From positions 32,001 through 96,000 of the IMG/VR virus record IMGVR_UViG_3300032030_000024: a DNA stretch of 64,000 nucleotides. One strand, given 5' to 3'. Source of the stretch: a virus (taxonomy: Duplodnaviria; Caudoviricetes). The notes beneath the pieces are model-generated. The model had not been told where the DNA came from and did not search any database. It was given only the letters and a program-made list of their open reading frames with translations. The position numbers were made by a program, and so were the translations under genes. Positions 15,212 through 24,598 of this stretch are shown piece by piece. Each line of letters opens with the position of its first letter. Within the stretch, counting starts at the first letter, position 1.

Positions 15212-15463
15212 TGCCATACCGCCAACACGAAGACTTTCTATCTCATCTTCGAGCTTTTTTATGCGCTCACGGAGGCGGTCGGACTTCAACGTGGAGAAGT
15301 TTATCCTTGCATGGCGCATGCCATAGCCGAAGCCCATGCCGTCAATACGCCTGTGCTCCCTTATAGTCTCATCATGCAGCCTTTCTTCAAGCTCCTTTTT
15401 CTTTTCAAGAAGCCGTTGTGTTCTGTCCGTTTTCCCCATAGCCGTTTTCTCCAGAATCATCAT
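15203..15463 (-). CDS. Hypothetical coiled-coil protein
   Basis: Charged helical ORF in the operon; start uncertain. Confidence 0.5.
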   Translation of the reverse strand: MMILEKTAMGKTDRTQRLLEKKKELEERLHDETIREHRRIDGMGFGYGMRHARINFSTLKSDRLRERIKKLEDEIESLRVGGMAAN

Positions 15464-16169
15464 GTACTATTTTAAATCCATCGAGTTTACAGTTCTCCTC
15501 GAACTTCGCGCTGCGCTGTGTCTGGTCGTCGTAATAGATTGTGTAACGCCCTGCCGACCCTTCCGAGCAGTCCACGTCAAGCAGGTAGCCGCGTTTCAGC
15601 GCCGAACTCCGATGATGGATCTGCGACATCGTATATGCCTTTGTCAAGACCACCTTCAGGTTCGTCTTGCGCTCAAGGCCATACACTACGCGCAGCCTTT
15701 CCTTCCGTATCAGTTCCTTTCGGCTGGCGCTATGCCGCTTCATCAGCTCCTCGTAACGCTTGGGGTCGCTCTCCCTCAGCTTCCCGATGGGACTTTTCCG
15801 CTTGCCGTCCCGCATGTCCTGCCAGTACCTTTGGAGGCCGGCTATCGTTGCCTCACATGGCAAATGCCCGCGCTTGCGGTCATAGCAGCCGTTCCGCTCG
15901 TTGGTCTTGGCTGCACGTCTGTTCCTGCGCTTATGAATCGCCTCCAAGCCCCGCTTGCTCTTCGCCAGCCCGTAAAACGCCCGAAGCTTGCGGAGCGTTT
16001 CTATGCCCACGCCCATTGCCTTGGCTATCCGTTCGTTCTCGGTCACGGGATAATACTTGCAGAGCCATTCCTCTTGTGCCTCGTCGAGCACAATCTTGTT
16101 GTTTTTTGTCTTGTGTAGCGGTTGTGGAAACTTCTTCATAGGTTCGTTCTTTTCCTGTTCAACATCCAC
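15405..16169 (-). CDS. Basic HTH-containing protein
   Basis: E-x-x-WL-x-x-YYP-x-x-x-N-x-x-IA-x-AMGVG-x-x-TLR helix-turn-helix pattern. Confidence 0.6.
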   Translation of the reverse strand: MDVEQEKNEPMKKFPQPLHKTKNNKIVLDEAQEEWLCKYYPVTENERIAKAMGVGIETLRKLRAFYGLAKSKRGLEAIHKRRNRRAAKTNERNGCYDRKRGHLPCEATIAGLQRYWQDMRDGKRKSPIGKLRESDPKRYEELMKRHSASRKELIRKERLRVVYGLERKTNLKVVLTKAYTMSQIHHRSSALKRGYLLDVDCSEGSAGRYTIYYDDQTQRSAKFEENCKLDGFKIVHDDSGENGYGENGQNTTAS

Positions 16170-16359
16170 GTGGGTAGTTCCCGTGGTTCATCTGCGGATG
16201 GTCTAATGCCGCCCTGACGAACCAAAGTCCCTCTGGGCATTTTGCCACGCTCTCTGCCTCTGGGTTGGCGACGTGCAGCAGATACCGCTTGCACCGTCCC
16301 CTGTTCGGGCATTCCCTGCCCCTGCATAGGTTTGATGTCCTCTCTGTCATAGCCTTCAC
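16159..16359 (-). CDS. Small Cys-rich hypothetical protein
   Basis: C-x-G-x-x-CP-x-x-x-x-C-x-RY pattern; overlaps the upstream stop. Confidence 0.45.
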   Translation of the reverse strand: MKAMTERTSNLCRGRECPNRGRCKRYLLHVANPEAESVAKCPEGLWFVRAALDHPQMNHGNYPRGC

Positions 16360-16751
16360 TCAATTATTTCTGGTATGTTTATGTCAAGCCAGCACAATAC
16401 GTCTGGCTGGTTCCAACCACCTTTGCCGTAGCGTTTCGGATGGTATGTGGTGACCTCTCCTGTCTCGACATTCTTCCCCGTCCATGATTCCTGCGGTCTA
16501 TGGGCGAACACCACCTTGCCCTTAGTAGTCAGCGCTATCACTTCGCGGTCGATTTCAGGCAGTTCGTCGCCTTCTGCCATCTTCCACCACATCGAATCGT
16601 CAATGAGCCGTTCCATTTCCTCGGCTCCACAGCTGAAAGCGTCCTTAATGTCTTGCAACGTGAGCGGCTTGAAGGATAGTGCCATTGCGCGGCCTCTCAT
16701 GTAGTTGCTCGCGCCCTCTGCGATTCTTGCTTTTCTTACGTTGTCTGTCAT
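16356..16751 (-). CDS. Hypothetical protein (DUF551-like C-terminus)
   Basis: W...ELPE....VI ... V..W pattern. Confidence 0.5.
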   Translation of the reverse strand: MTDNVRKARIAEGASNYMRGRAMALSFKPLTLQDIKDAFSCGAEEMERLIDDSMWWKMAEGDELPEIDREVIALTTKGKVVFAHRPQESWTGKNVETGEVTTYHPKRYGKGGWNQPDVLCWLDINIPEIIE

Positions 16752-16758
16752 AACTCTA

Positions 16759-16953
16759 TCATTTTTTCGTTATTATCACCTGCCACGGCTTCTGCTTCGG
16801 TGGTTCCGGGCAGAGCTCGCAACGCCTACAGTGGTGCTTGTCATACCACATTTCCCTGATATGCTCCGCATCGTACACGCACACTATCGGATAGTAGCCG
16901 TAGGGCTGACTGCCGTAGATGCAGTTAAGGCAGATGCTTTCCTTCTCGTTCAT
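16759..16953 (-). CDS. Small Cys-rich hypothetical protein
   Basis: CLNC...C...C..C; ATGA-type overlap with the upstream gene. Confidence 0.5.
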   Translation of the reverse strand: MNEKESICLNCIYGSQPYGYYPIVCVYDAEHIREMWYDKHHCRRCELCPEPPKQKPWQVIITKK

Positions 16954-17591
16954 CGCCCAGCCTGTTCACGTAGCGTCTCTGCTGCGAACTCCAATGCGTC
17001 GATGAAGGTTTCAAGCTCGCTGTCACCGCCAAACATAATCTCAACCTTTCCCGTCTCACCGCAGCTTGTCCCCGAAACCTTCACGGCCATATCCGTGCTA
17101 CTAAGGTCTTCGATGCGGAAATACGTCCTGCCTCCATGACCTGAGTCACCTCCGCAATAACCAGTCGTTCCAACCTCCACCTCAATGATGTTGGCGCTTG
17201 TGAACTCCCGTTTCACCGTCTGGACTTCCACACCGTCCACATCCACAGTCCCATGCTTGATACCGTTCCTGTATTCCTTAAACGCGGTGGCAACCTCCTC
17301 GTAAGAAGGTGCTTTTACTCCTATCGCACGTAAAAACTCCATCCCGCGACATTCGCAAAAGTCCATGAAATGGTGATAGTCCTCTGAGTCGGTGTAGCCA
17401 AGAGGAACATAGAAAGGCGAAGGTTCGTTCCGCCCCATCCACGTTTTCTTCTCAACAGGGTTAAAATGAAACATCCCGTGCGCCTGAGAATACTCCAGCA
17501 GGATGTCAAAGTTTCGCTCACGCGCCTCCTCAATGCCGAGGCAGGCTTCTTTCAGCGCCTTCAAATAGGCTGTCAGTCTTTCGTCGTTCAT
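16950..17591 (-). CDS. Hypothetical protein
   Basis: 213-aa ORF after DnaB; C-terminal GTTGYCGGDSGHGGRTYF motif. Confidence 0.6.
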   Translation of the reverse strand: MNDERLTAYLKALKEACLGIEEARERNFDILLEYSQAHGMFHFNPVEKKTWMGRNEPSPFYVPLGYTDSEDYHHFMDFCECRGMEFLRAIGVKAPSYEEVATAFKEYRNGIKHGTVDVDGVEVQTVKREFTSANIIEVEVGTTGYCGGDSGHGGRTYFRIEDLSSTDMAVKVSGTSCGETGKVEIMFGGDSELETFIDALEFAAETLREQAGR

Positions 17592-17603
17592 AATATTTGT
17601 TTA

Positions 17604-19043
17604 TTAAAATGGTTGTTGATTGTTGTTATCTGATGGTGCGGGAAACGGTGTGTCTTCTTTACCATCACAGCCGAATGTAGTGTCAGGTAAACCCATGCCG
17701 CTGTCAGTAAACAGCGTGTACTCTGGGTTGAAGTCCATGAGGAACTCCGAGCCACCAGTGCTGCGTCCCTTGTTGAGTATCAGCAACGCCTTGTTTGTCG
17801 TGTCAGCCACCCATGAGAAGTCGCCAGTGAATTTCTTTCCCTTCGTGTTCGGGTCTGCGTCTGGACGGTCAATCATCACCACCGTGTCTGCGCCCTCCTC
17901 AATCTCACCGCTGCCACGAAGTCCAAACTTTGATATTATTCCTTCCTTCACCCCAGCTCTGTTCATCTGGCTCAATACTATCACGGCTACGTGTAGCTCC
18001 TTGGCAATATTCTTTAGCTCACGCGACATTGTGGCAAGGGAAATGGCCTCGTTCTCATACGTCTTTTCTGATTTGAGAATTTGCAGGTAATCCACCACAA
18101 ACAGCTTCACACCGTACTTCTGACGCATTGTCCTGATGGAGCGTAGCAGTCTCTCAAATTTCACCGTTGCGTCCTCATCGATATACAGTGGATATTTTGC
18201 AAAGTTATTAGTCACCTTCGCCAGCCTGTCAAGCTCAAAGTCCGCAAGTTTCCTGTGCAGTATATCCAACGCCTTCATGCCCATGTCGGCACTTAGCACC
18301 CGCGCCCACAGCTCCTCCACGCCCATCTCAAGGGAATAATATGCCACGCCTATGCCCTTACGGGCAACGTTCACAGCAATATTCATGGCAAGGCTTGACT
18401 TTCCCACTCCAGTTCTGGCCGCGATGATAACAAGCTGGTCATCATGGATGCCGTAGTTGCAGTCAAAAGCCCTAAAACCTGTCATTATGCCTGGCGGCAC
18501 ATTTCCGTCTCTAACGTCAAGAGCATGCTTCTTGATTCGTTCCATTGCCATAGATGCCGTCGTTATGCCGTCCGCACCGTCATTGCCGACAAGCTCCATG
18601 ACGTTCTTCTGCCCGTTGATTATCGTCTCGTCAAGGGAAACGCCCATCTTCACCGCATCATCGGCACACTGCTGGAAGTATAGCCTTGCCATGTTGCGCT
18701 TGTAGTAATCGGACAGCTTGCGGACGTTCTGCGAAAAGGTGTCCTTGTCACTCAAAGCCACCATGCGCTGAATCTCCATCCTGTCGCCACTGTTCCCGCC
18801 ATCGTTAAGCACCGTGGCCACCGTTACGGGTGTTGCCGCCTCGCCTTTGTCAATTAACGATTTTGCGGCATCAAACACAGCCCTGTACTCATCGTGGAAC
18901 ATATCGCCAACAAGCACGTCGGAGTTCTGCCTGTAAAGCTCGTTGTACCTCAGAATCGTACCGATGACGGCACGTTCTGTGTCCTCGCTGCGCAGGACTA
19001 CTGCCTGCATGTTCGTTTTGCTCTGATTCGTCTTATTGTCCAT
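17604..19043 (-). CDS. dnaB: Replicative DNA helicase, DnaB family
   Basis: E-x-AVIG N-terminus, Walker A AARTGVGKS, YYSLEM, VVDYLQ, LSQMNR, LRGSGEIEEGAD, KGRS. Confidence 0.9.
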   Translation of the reverse strand: MDNKTNQSKTNMQAVVLRSEDTERAVIGTILRYNELYRQNSDVLVGDMFHDEYRAVFDAAKSLIDKGEAATPVTVATVLNDGGNSGDRMEIQRMVALSDKDTFSQNVRKLSDYYKRNMARLYFQQCADDAVKMGVSLDETIINGQKNVMELVGNDGADGITTASMAMERIKKHALDVRDGNVPPGIMTGFRAFDCNYGIHDDQLVIIAARTGVGKSSLAMNIAVNVARKGIGVAYYSLEMGVEELWARVLSADMGMKALDILHRKLADFELDRLAKVTNNFAKYPLYIDEDATVKFERLLRSIRTMRQKYGVKLFVVDYLQILKSEKTYENEAISLATMSRELKNIAKELHVAVIVLSQMNRAGVKEGIISKFGLRGSGEIEEGADTVVMIDRPDADPNTKGKKFTGDFSWVADTTNKALLILNKGRSTGGSEFLMDFNPEYTLFTDSGMGLPDTTFGCDGKEDTPFPAPSDNNNQQPF

Positions 19044-19407
19044 CGCAGTATTTTATTAGCTCGTCTATCGCTTCCTCTAACGTCCACTTTACACCCGTTA
19101 TCGGCTTGGCCATTTTGCAGAACTGGATATATATCTCTACAAGAAAGCAGCATATATTGCCGACCTTCTCCGCTGGAGCCTTCTGGTTGTCGATGATGTA
19201 CTGCCCTATATCGTCCGCGCAGGTGCATTCCCATCCAGCCTCGTACATTTCGCAGATGACCCTGTATACCCACCGCAGCTGCCTGTTGGCGAACATGTCG
19301 GGAAGAAGGAAGTCCCTGCACTGCTTGTAGGCAGACATCCCATCGCCAGCCCATATAGACATCAGCTTGGCGATAATGAAGTATTCTATGGCCTCGCGCT
19401 TCGTCAT
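19033..19407 (-). CDS. Hypothetical protein in the replication operon
   Basis: Overlaps both neighbours. Confidence 0.55.
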   Translation of the reverse strand: MTKREAIEYFIIAKLMSIWAGDGMSAYKQCRDFLLPDMFANRQLRWVYRVICEMYEAGWECTCADDIGQYIIDNQKAPAEKVGNICCFLVEIYIQFCKMAKPITGVKWTLEEAIDELIKYCDGQ

Positions 19408-20471
19408 CCTTTATTCACTTTCATGTGTTTGCGGAACACCCCGATAAGCCCGTCCTGCGGCGTTATTGGGCTTTGCAGTAATAAGTCCACCGTGTCAGCC
19501 ATCTTCTTTGCATCACTGCCACACGCATTGAGCATTTCAATGAAGTTGTCAAGCGTGACGTGGAATATAGGCATCACCCTTCCTCTTTCGGATGCATCAA
19601 ACTTGTTAGATAGCCATATTACGAAATTTGAGTGACGCTCCTGAAGGGTTGCCTCCTTCTTCAGCTGTTCGGTATCACTGCTAACTGTTCTCTCGGTTAT
19701 TTCATCATTCCAACACTCGCCGTTCAGATATGTTTCAGGGTGCTTGCGATAGTTCTTGTCTGGTGTTGCTTTTACATAAGCAGCCGTGTGCCAAATTGCC
19801 TTTGCCCATATTTCGGGTGATAGTTTCAGCCATTTTAAACGAGCGGTTTTCCTTCCCTTTTTATTGTCATAAAGCTCCCACCATGCCTCAAAAAGCATTT
19901 CAGGAGGATATTTTTGACAAATGCAGATTATATCTATAATATCTATAATAGCTAAGAGATGTACGCGCGCGATGTGCGCCGCTTCGCCGCCGCTTACTGC
20001 GCCGCTTGGTGCGCCACTTTGTGCGCCGCCAAGTTCTGTAAGTATTTGTAAAACAGTAGGGTTAAGTGCGCCGCTTCCCGCGCCGCTTACTGCGCCGCTT
20101 GGTGCGCCGCATTGTGCGCCGCATTCTTGTTTCGCTTCTTCTATGGTCGTTTTGTCTGCAAGAGAAAGCATTGTTATGACAGTACCATTGACAATGGTAT
20201 GGTAGATAATATGCTCCTTTTTTACAAGCAATTGCAAATATCTCCGAACGTTTGTTTCTGGCCATCCAAAGGCTAATGCAAGTTCTCGTGATGACGTGAC
20301 AAGTTGTCCCTTCTTGCACTTCACCCCATGTACCACATCGTCATCATCAGTATAACGTGCATGGTTGGCGAGATACACAAAAGCTTCCACCTTGCAGAAG
20401 GTGTGTCGCTCCGGGGATAAGTCCTCTATCAAGTCCCAGGGAATCTTTGGAATGTACCGTTTTGCTGCCAT
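19404..20471 (-). CDS. Phage replication initiator (lambda O/DnaD-like)
   Basis: N-terminal wHTH (GQLVTS.RELA..FGW...VRRYL), internal repeats, FE.WW.LY..KKG.K.A...W and KHP.TYLN..CW.DE domain; upstream of DnaB. Confidence 0.75.
   Translation of the reverse strand: MAAKRYIPKIPWDLIEDLSPERHTFCKVEAFVYLANHARYTDDDDVVHGVKCKKGQLVTSSRELALAFGWPETNVRRYLQLLVKKEHIIYHTIVNGTVITMLSLADKTTIEEAKQECGAQCGAPSGAVSGAGSGALNPTVLQILTELGGAQSGAPSGAVSGGEAAHIARVHLLAIIDIIDIICICQKYPPEMLFEAWWELYDNKKGRKTARLKWLKLSPEIWAKAIWHTAAYVKATPDKNYRKHPETYLNGECWNDEITERTVSSDTEQLKKEATLQERHSNFVIWLSNKFDASERGRVMPIFHVTLDNFIEMLNACGSDAKKMADTVDLLLQSPITPQDGLIGVFRKHMKVNKG
19975..20122. repeat. Iteron-like 12-bp-period repeats (core TGCGCCGC), probable replication origin
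   Basis: Two blocks of about five copies separated by an AT-rich spacer, beside an AT-rich tract at about 19926-19953. Confidence 0.65.
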
Positions 20472-20491
20472 ATTTTACTCAACCTTTCCTT

Positions 20492-20650
20492 TTATGCGGG
20501 AACACAGCTCTTTGTGACATTACGACCGCACATCCGGCATGTGTTGTGGTCACGCGCCTTAATCCTTTTACTGATTTCGTACCATTCCTTAGTATGATAC
20601 TGCCGCAAAAAATCTTCTTTTTCCATTTGCATTCCTTTTTTGTTACGCAT
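20492..20650 (-). pseudogene. Truncated HNH endonuclease N-terminal fragment
   Basis: Hand translation ...KEWYEISKRIKARDHNTCRMCGR... stops before any HNH motif. Confidence 0.5.
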
Positions 20651-20665
20651 CCGTTTTTAAGCAAA

Positions 20666-20757
20666 GGATAAGGGCGAATGAAAGACGGAATGCTTAACTT
20701 TCATTTTGGCTTTTGGCGGCAGCTACCCGCCTCACGCCCTAATCCGATGCAAAGATA
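20666..20757 (-). promoter_or_regulatory. Promoter and structured 5' leader of the replication operon
   Basis: TATCTTTG at 20750-20757; closing stem 20666-76/20735-45 encloses two hairpins. Confidence 0.5.
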
Positions 20758-20835
20758 ACAGATATATGCAAAACAACCGCTTCCGTATATGCTAATAATA
20801 TTTAATTAACAAACTATTTAGCATATCGGGGCGCA

Positions 20836-21333
20836 TCATACGCCTGTTGAGCCGAAGCCGTTCTCGCCCCTGTCCGAAGAGGAGGCGATTGCGTCGGTGC
20901 TCTCCAGTTCCACGTCGGGGACTGTCACGACCTGCATCTGTGCAATGCGCATGCCCTTCGGGAGATAGACCATCTGCCCCTCCACAATGCATTCCCTCAC
21001 GTTGATGATGGCACCGACATGCCCCCCGTACCCTGAATCGACAAGCCCCCTGACAACGTCTGCGTCAATGCGGGTCTTGCTTCCGCTCAGGAAGCCCTGT
21101 CCCTCCATGTACACACACTCCATCCCCTTCGATGACAGTCCGCTTCTCGGCTGTATCGTTGCTGCGAACCCCCTCGGCAGCTCAATGGAGAAGCCAAGGT
21201 CAACAACCTGCCTGCCACAGAACAGCTCCGTGTCACGCGGTACGAAAACATCAAACGCAGCATCGCCCTCGTGCTGCTTCTCAGGCATAATGCCATCGTA
21301 AAGTTTTACTTTAATCTTTGTTGGATAATTCAT
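20836..21333 (-). CDS. dut: dUTPase (trimeric)
   Basis: AAFDV, PRSGLS, GLVDSGYGG, RIAQM and RGENGFGSTG motifs. Confidence 0.9.
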   Translation of the reverse strand: MNYPTKIKVKLYDGIMPEKQHEGDAAFDVFVPRDTELFCGRQVVDLGFSIELPRGFAATIQPRSGLSSKGMECVYMEGQGFLSGSKTRIDADVVRGLVDSGYGGHVGAIINVRECIVEGQMVYLPKGMRIAQMQVVTVPDVELESTDAIASSSDRGENGFGSTGV

Positions 21334-21334
21334 G

Positions 21335-21901
21335 TTATATATGTATTTTAATACCTTTTTTCTTACTCAGCCGCCTTGCCTCGGCGGTGTAGTGTCTTAT
21401 CATGTCCTTAAGCTCCGCGTCGCTCCATTTCCGTTCCTGGTTGTGCAGGACGTTAAGTTGTTCAAAACGCTCATCGCCAATCTTTGCAAGGAGATTGTCC
21501 GTATAGCCTTTAAGATGGTTGGAATCATGGCAGTTGCAAATCGCACACTCCGCATTAACGTTTCGTTCATCCCAGCGCGTACTCATACATCGCCGTGAAT
21601 AGTAGTGCCCAGCCTGCATTTGCTCAAACGGTAGCACCCGTCCGCAGGAGATACAGACGGTGTTGCCGCCGTACATGGCATCACGGAGCCTCACGAATGC
21701 CGAGAATACCATGTCGAGCCGCTTGGCGAGGTCTACCTTGTCCCGTCCGTTGCGCCTGTGAGCCTTTTCCTTGCCAGACACGGGCTTTTCTCCGTCCCTC
21801 TTGGGTGTCAGTGCCGCAGGCTTTCTTTTGAACGGTGTGCGCCTTAACACTGCGCCCTTGCTGCGGAGTGGGGTGGTGCGCTTCAATGAGTTCCACGTCA
21901 T
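21335..21901 (-). CDS. NinG/Rap-like recombination endonuclease
   Basis: FS.FVRLRD, CISCG, AGHYYSR, RWDERNVNAEC..CN. Confidence 0.8.
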   Translation of the reverse strand: MTWNSLKRTTPLRSKGAVLRRTPFKRKPAALTPKRDGEKPVSGKEKAHRRNGRDKVDLAKRLDMVFSAFVRLRDAMYGGNTVCISCGRVLPFEQMQAGHYYSRRCMSTRWDERNVNAECAICNCHDSNHLKGYTDNLLAKIGDERFEQLNVLHNQERKWSDAELKDMIRHYTAEARRLSKKKGIKIHI

Positions 21902-22407
21902 ACGGGCTCGGTGGCTTTGGTGACTATTCTCAGGTCGATGCCCTTCAGGTAGTGAAGCATCTTCATCCGCAGCTCGAAGTCGCGGGAAACGGCCTTCAGC
22001 GAGCCCTTGGTGTCCTCCACGACCTCCACGCCGCCCTTCTCGTAGACGAAATCGGCTGTGTAGAACACCCCCGTGTACGTCCTGCGCCTTACCGTCTTGT
22101 CCTTGGTCTTCAGGTGTACCACCACGTCCTCGTACTCATCGGGAAATAGGTCGTACCTCACCTGTAAGCGCAGGTTCTTTATCTCCCCGCGTAACTGGCA
22201 CTCTCTGAGGTATATATACCTGTTCCGTTCAAGCTCCGACGCAAAGCTGATCCCGTTGTATTCGCACCGTCTGTTGCCGTACTTGCTCCTTGCCTCCTTC
22301 TTCACATCCACGAGGAGCCCGCCACCGACGATGGCCGTCTTTTGCCGTTTCCGTGGCTTCTGCCGCAAGAACGCCCTGTACTCCGATACATTTATCCTGT
22401 CCTTCAT
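21898..22407 (-). CDS. DUF1064-family nuclease-like protein
   Basis: SKYGNR...GISF.S.LE..RY, L.LQV.Y.L, YTADFVY, VVEDTKG. Confidence 0.75.
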   Translation of the reverse strand: MKDRINVSEYRAFLRQKPRKRQKTAIVGGGLLVDVKKEARSKYGNRRCEYNGISFASELERNRYIYLRECQLRGEIKNLRLQVRYDLFPDEYEDVVVHLKTKDKTVRRRTYTGVFYTADFVYEKGGVEVVEDTKGSLKAVSRDFELRMKMLHYLKGIDLRIVTKATEPV

Positions 22408-22417
22408 ATCCTTGCCC

Positions 22418-22645
22418 TCACACCGCGCTTTTGACCGTCAGCCCCAGCTCTATCGCCACAGGCTCGTCCTTCCATGTCAGGACGGGAAGCTCGAAGCCCT
22501 CGGACTCCATCTGCATGACGAGAGACGAGAAGCAGGCAAGCTGCTCCCCGCACCACACACGGAAATGCTCGTTTCTCTCTGGCAGGCCGGTGAACACGCA
22601 CCCCTGCCCGCTGCCGCTGACGGCATAATACAGTGTCTTTGTCAT
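22418..22645 (-). CDS. Hypothetical protein
   Basis: Co-directional ORF; ends LP.LTWKDEPV. Confidence 0.5.
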   Translation of the reverse strand: MTKTLYYAVSGSGQGCVFTGLPERNEHFRVWCGEQLACFSSLVMQMESEGFELPVLTWKDEPVAIELGLTVKSAV

Positions 22646-22685
22646 AAATACCGTTATTTGCTATATTTTCTCTTTAATCTTTCTT

Positions 22686-23030
22686 TTACAGGTTACTGAA
22701 CGTTTTCATGTATTTGCAGGCAAAGTCCATTGCCTTCCCCAAGTCGGACGGTAGCGGCATCCTGTGCCATGACGGTACATGTCCGCCCCGCCTGTACCTG
22801 TTGGCCTGAATGAGCACGGCCATATAGTGACGCATCTGCCTCCTGCTGACGAAATGCTCCTGTGCCGCACACTCATTGCCGCACTCCTTCACCTCGGCAA
22901 ACAGGAACGGGCAGCAGCCGTAGCCATGCGTGTCCTCGGCGTAGAACCAGGCACACTCACCGCAGCACCGCCCTTCCCCCCTGCCTTTTGCCTTGTCGTT
23001 TCTCTTGCTCATGATATTGCTGTTTACCAC
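22686..23030 (-). CDS. Cys-rich hypothetical protein
   Basis: CCGECAWF..ED..GYG.C pattern; start uncertain. Confidence 0.5.
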   Translation of the reverse strand: MVNSNIMSKRNDKAKGRGEGRCCGECAWFYAEDTHGYGCCPFLFAEVKECGNECAAQEHFVSRRQMRHYMAVLIQANRYRRGGHVPSWHRMPLPSDLGKAMDFACKYMKTFSNL

Positions 23031-23073
23031 AAATTTTATTTGTCATTCTTCCTTGAACACTGCTTCACGGGTC

Positions 23074-23817
23074 TCACGGGAACAGTGACTGCTGGATGAC
23101 CTTCTTGCCATTTGGCAGTTTTGTCTGCCCCAAGCATTCTCTGTTAAATCTCTCTATACTTTTCTCGTAATATTCTCTATCCAACTCACAACCTACAAAA
23201 TCAAACCCCAATTTATAAGCTGCAATTCTTGAAGAGCCGCTTCCTGTCATCGGGTCGAATATCCTGTCGCCCTCCTTGGCGTAGTTCTTCAGCAGCCATG
23301 CGTACAAGGCAACGGGCTTCTGGGTGGGATGGATGCGCACCTCGTTCTTCTGCTTGTTGCCCTGCTGACGATTGGCGATGTTCACGTCAGTACTGCAGCA
23401 CTCGCCTTGGAACATTCCCTGCCACATATAGTGTACGATGTCCGTCCGCTGATTGAACGACTGATAGGCGATTTCGCAGCCGTATTGGTCACTGTCGCCG
23501 TTCATCTTGTCCCACACAATCATACCGCCTGCCAGTCCGAAGTAGTTGGCTCCCCATATAATGACGTTCCTGCTTATCCTCATAATTTCGTTGAAGAAGT
23601 CCTGCTCAGGTGGCCGTGCGTCCCAATCCTTCTTGCCGTAGTCAGGTGATTCGACCCGCAGATACGAGCCGTTCCGCTGCCGAACCACGCAAGGCTTCTT
23701 GGATGGCTTGTCCGCGCCTATCCCATACGGAGGATCTGCAATGGTTAGCTCGAACGCCTTGTCGGGCAGCGTCCTCATATAATCCATACAATCAACGTTA
23801 AATACTTCGCTTGTCAT
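23074..23817 (-). CDS. DNA methyltransferase (N6-adenine/N4-cytosine, beta class)
   Basis: DPPY catalytic motif, HPTQKP, FDPMTGSGS SAM-binding motif, GCELD. Confidence 0.88.
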   Translation of the reverse strand: MTSEVFNVDCMDYMRTLPDKAFELTIADPPYGIGADKPSKKPCVVRQRNGSYLRVESPDYGKKDWDARPPEQDFFNEIMRISRNVIIWGANYFGLAGGMIVWDKMNGDSDQYGCEIAYQSFNQRTDIVHYMWQGMFQGECCSTDVNIANRQQGNKQKNEVRIHPTQKPVALYAWLLKNYAKEGDRIFDPMTGSGSSRIAAYKLGFDFVGCELDREYYEKSIERFNRECLGQTKLPNGKKVIQQSLFP

Positions 23818-23850
23818 CGTCCGTAAATCTTATATGAATATCTTTTGTCG

Positions 23851-24123
23851 TTAAGCCACCCTAAAACCCTGCTCGTTCCTGTACGACAGGTCATAGGAGC
23901 ATGTGAACATCCTTTCAACTTTCATCTTGCGGTCATATCCCACGCAGGTGAAGCCAAGCGCAGAGCCGAAACACTCAAATACCGAGTCGCCCCATCTTAC
24001 CGCAATGCGCATCAGCTCACCGTCCCTCACCGCACACTCGACATAGATAGGAGTGGTGAAGGTAAAGTGCCAGTACCATAGCCTGTCACCCTTCCGCAAG
24101 TCCTTCAGCTTCTTGTTCGTCAT
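23851..24123 (-). CDS. Hypothetical protein (likely start MTNKKLKDL)
   Basis: Internal ATG just after the upstream stop. Confidence 0.5.
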   Translation of the reverse strand: MTNKKLKDLRKGDRLWYWHFTFTTPIYVECAVRDGELMRIAVRWGDSVFECFGSALGFTCVGYDRKMKVERMFTCSYDLSYRNEQGFRVA

Positions 24124-24127
24124 ACCA

Positions 24128-24598
24128 TTATCGTTCCTTTCTCCTAATGATGGCCAGCGGCTCGTCGCCAACAGGAGAAGTGGGGCTTTCAGCATCTACA
24201 GTCCATCGGGACTTCTCACCGTCCGGCCTGTCAAGCCACAGCTGGTGACGTAGAACAAAATGAATATCAATGAGGATGTCGGCTGTGTCGTCATAGTGGA
24301 TGCCATACATCGAATTACTCTCACGGCCCCAGAAACGACGCTTTATCCACTTGCACAGGGATTCCGCTTCATGGCGCATGTTATACCAGCCTCCATCCCA
24401 TTCCTTATCCATGCCGTGACCACCAACGGCCTCCTTGCAGCGCTTCTCCCAAGCCGCCTCAAACAGCTCTTGGAATGCACCGTCCTGCCCCTGAATGCAA
24501 CGCGCAAACTGGTCACAGGCATAGGAAAGAATTTTAACCTGCCGCTCGGTCAGCTCTACCTGATAGGTACGCTGCTCTTTCCCCTTCTCCTTCGTCAT
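24128..24598 (-). CDS. Hypothetical protein
   Basis: 156-aa ORF with ATGA overlap. Confidence 0.55.
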   Translation of the reverse strand: MTKEKGKEQRTYQVELTERQVKILSYACDQFARCIQGQDGAFQELFEAAWEKRCKEAVGGHGMDKEWDGGWYNMRHEAESLCKWIKRRFWGRESNSMYGIHYDDTADILIDIHFVLRHQLWLDRPDGEKSRWTVDAESPTSPVGDEPLAIIRRKER

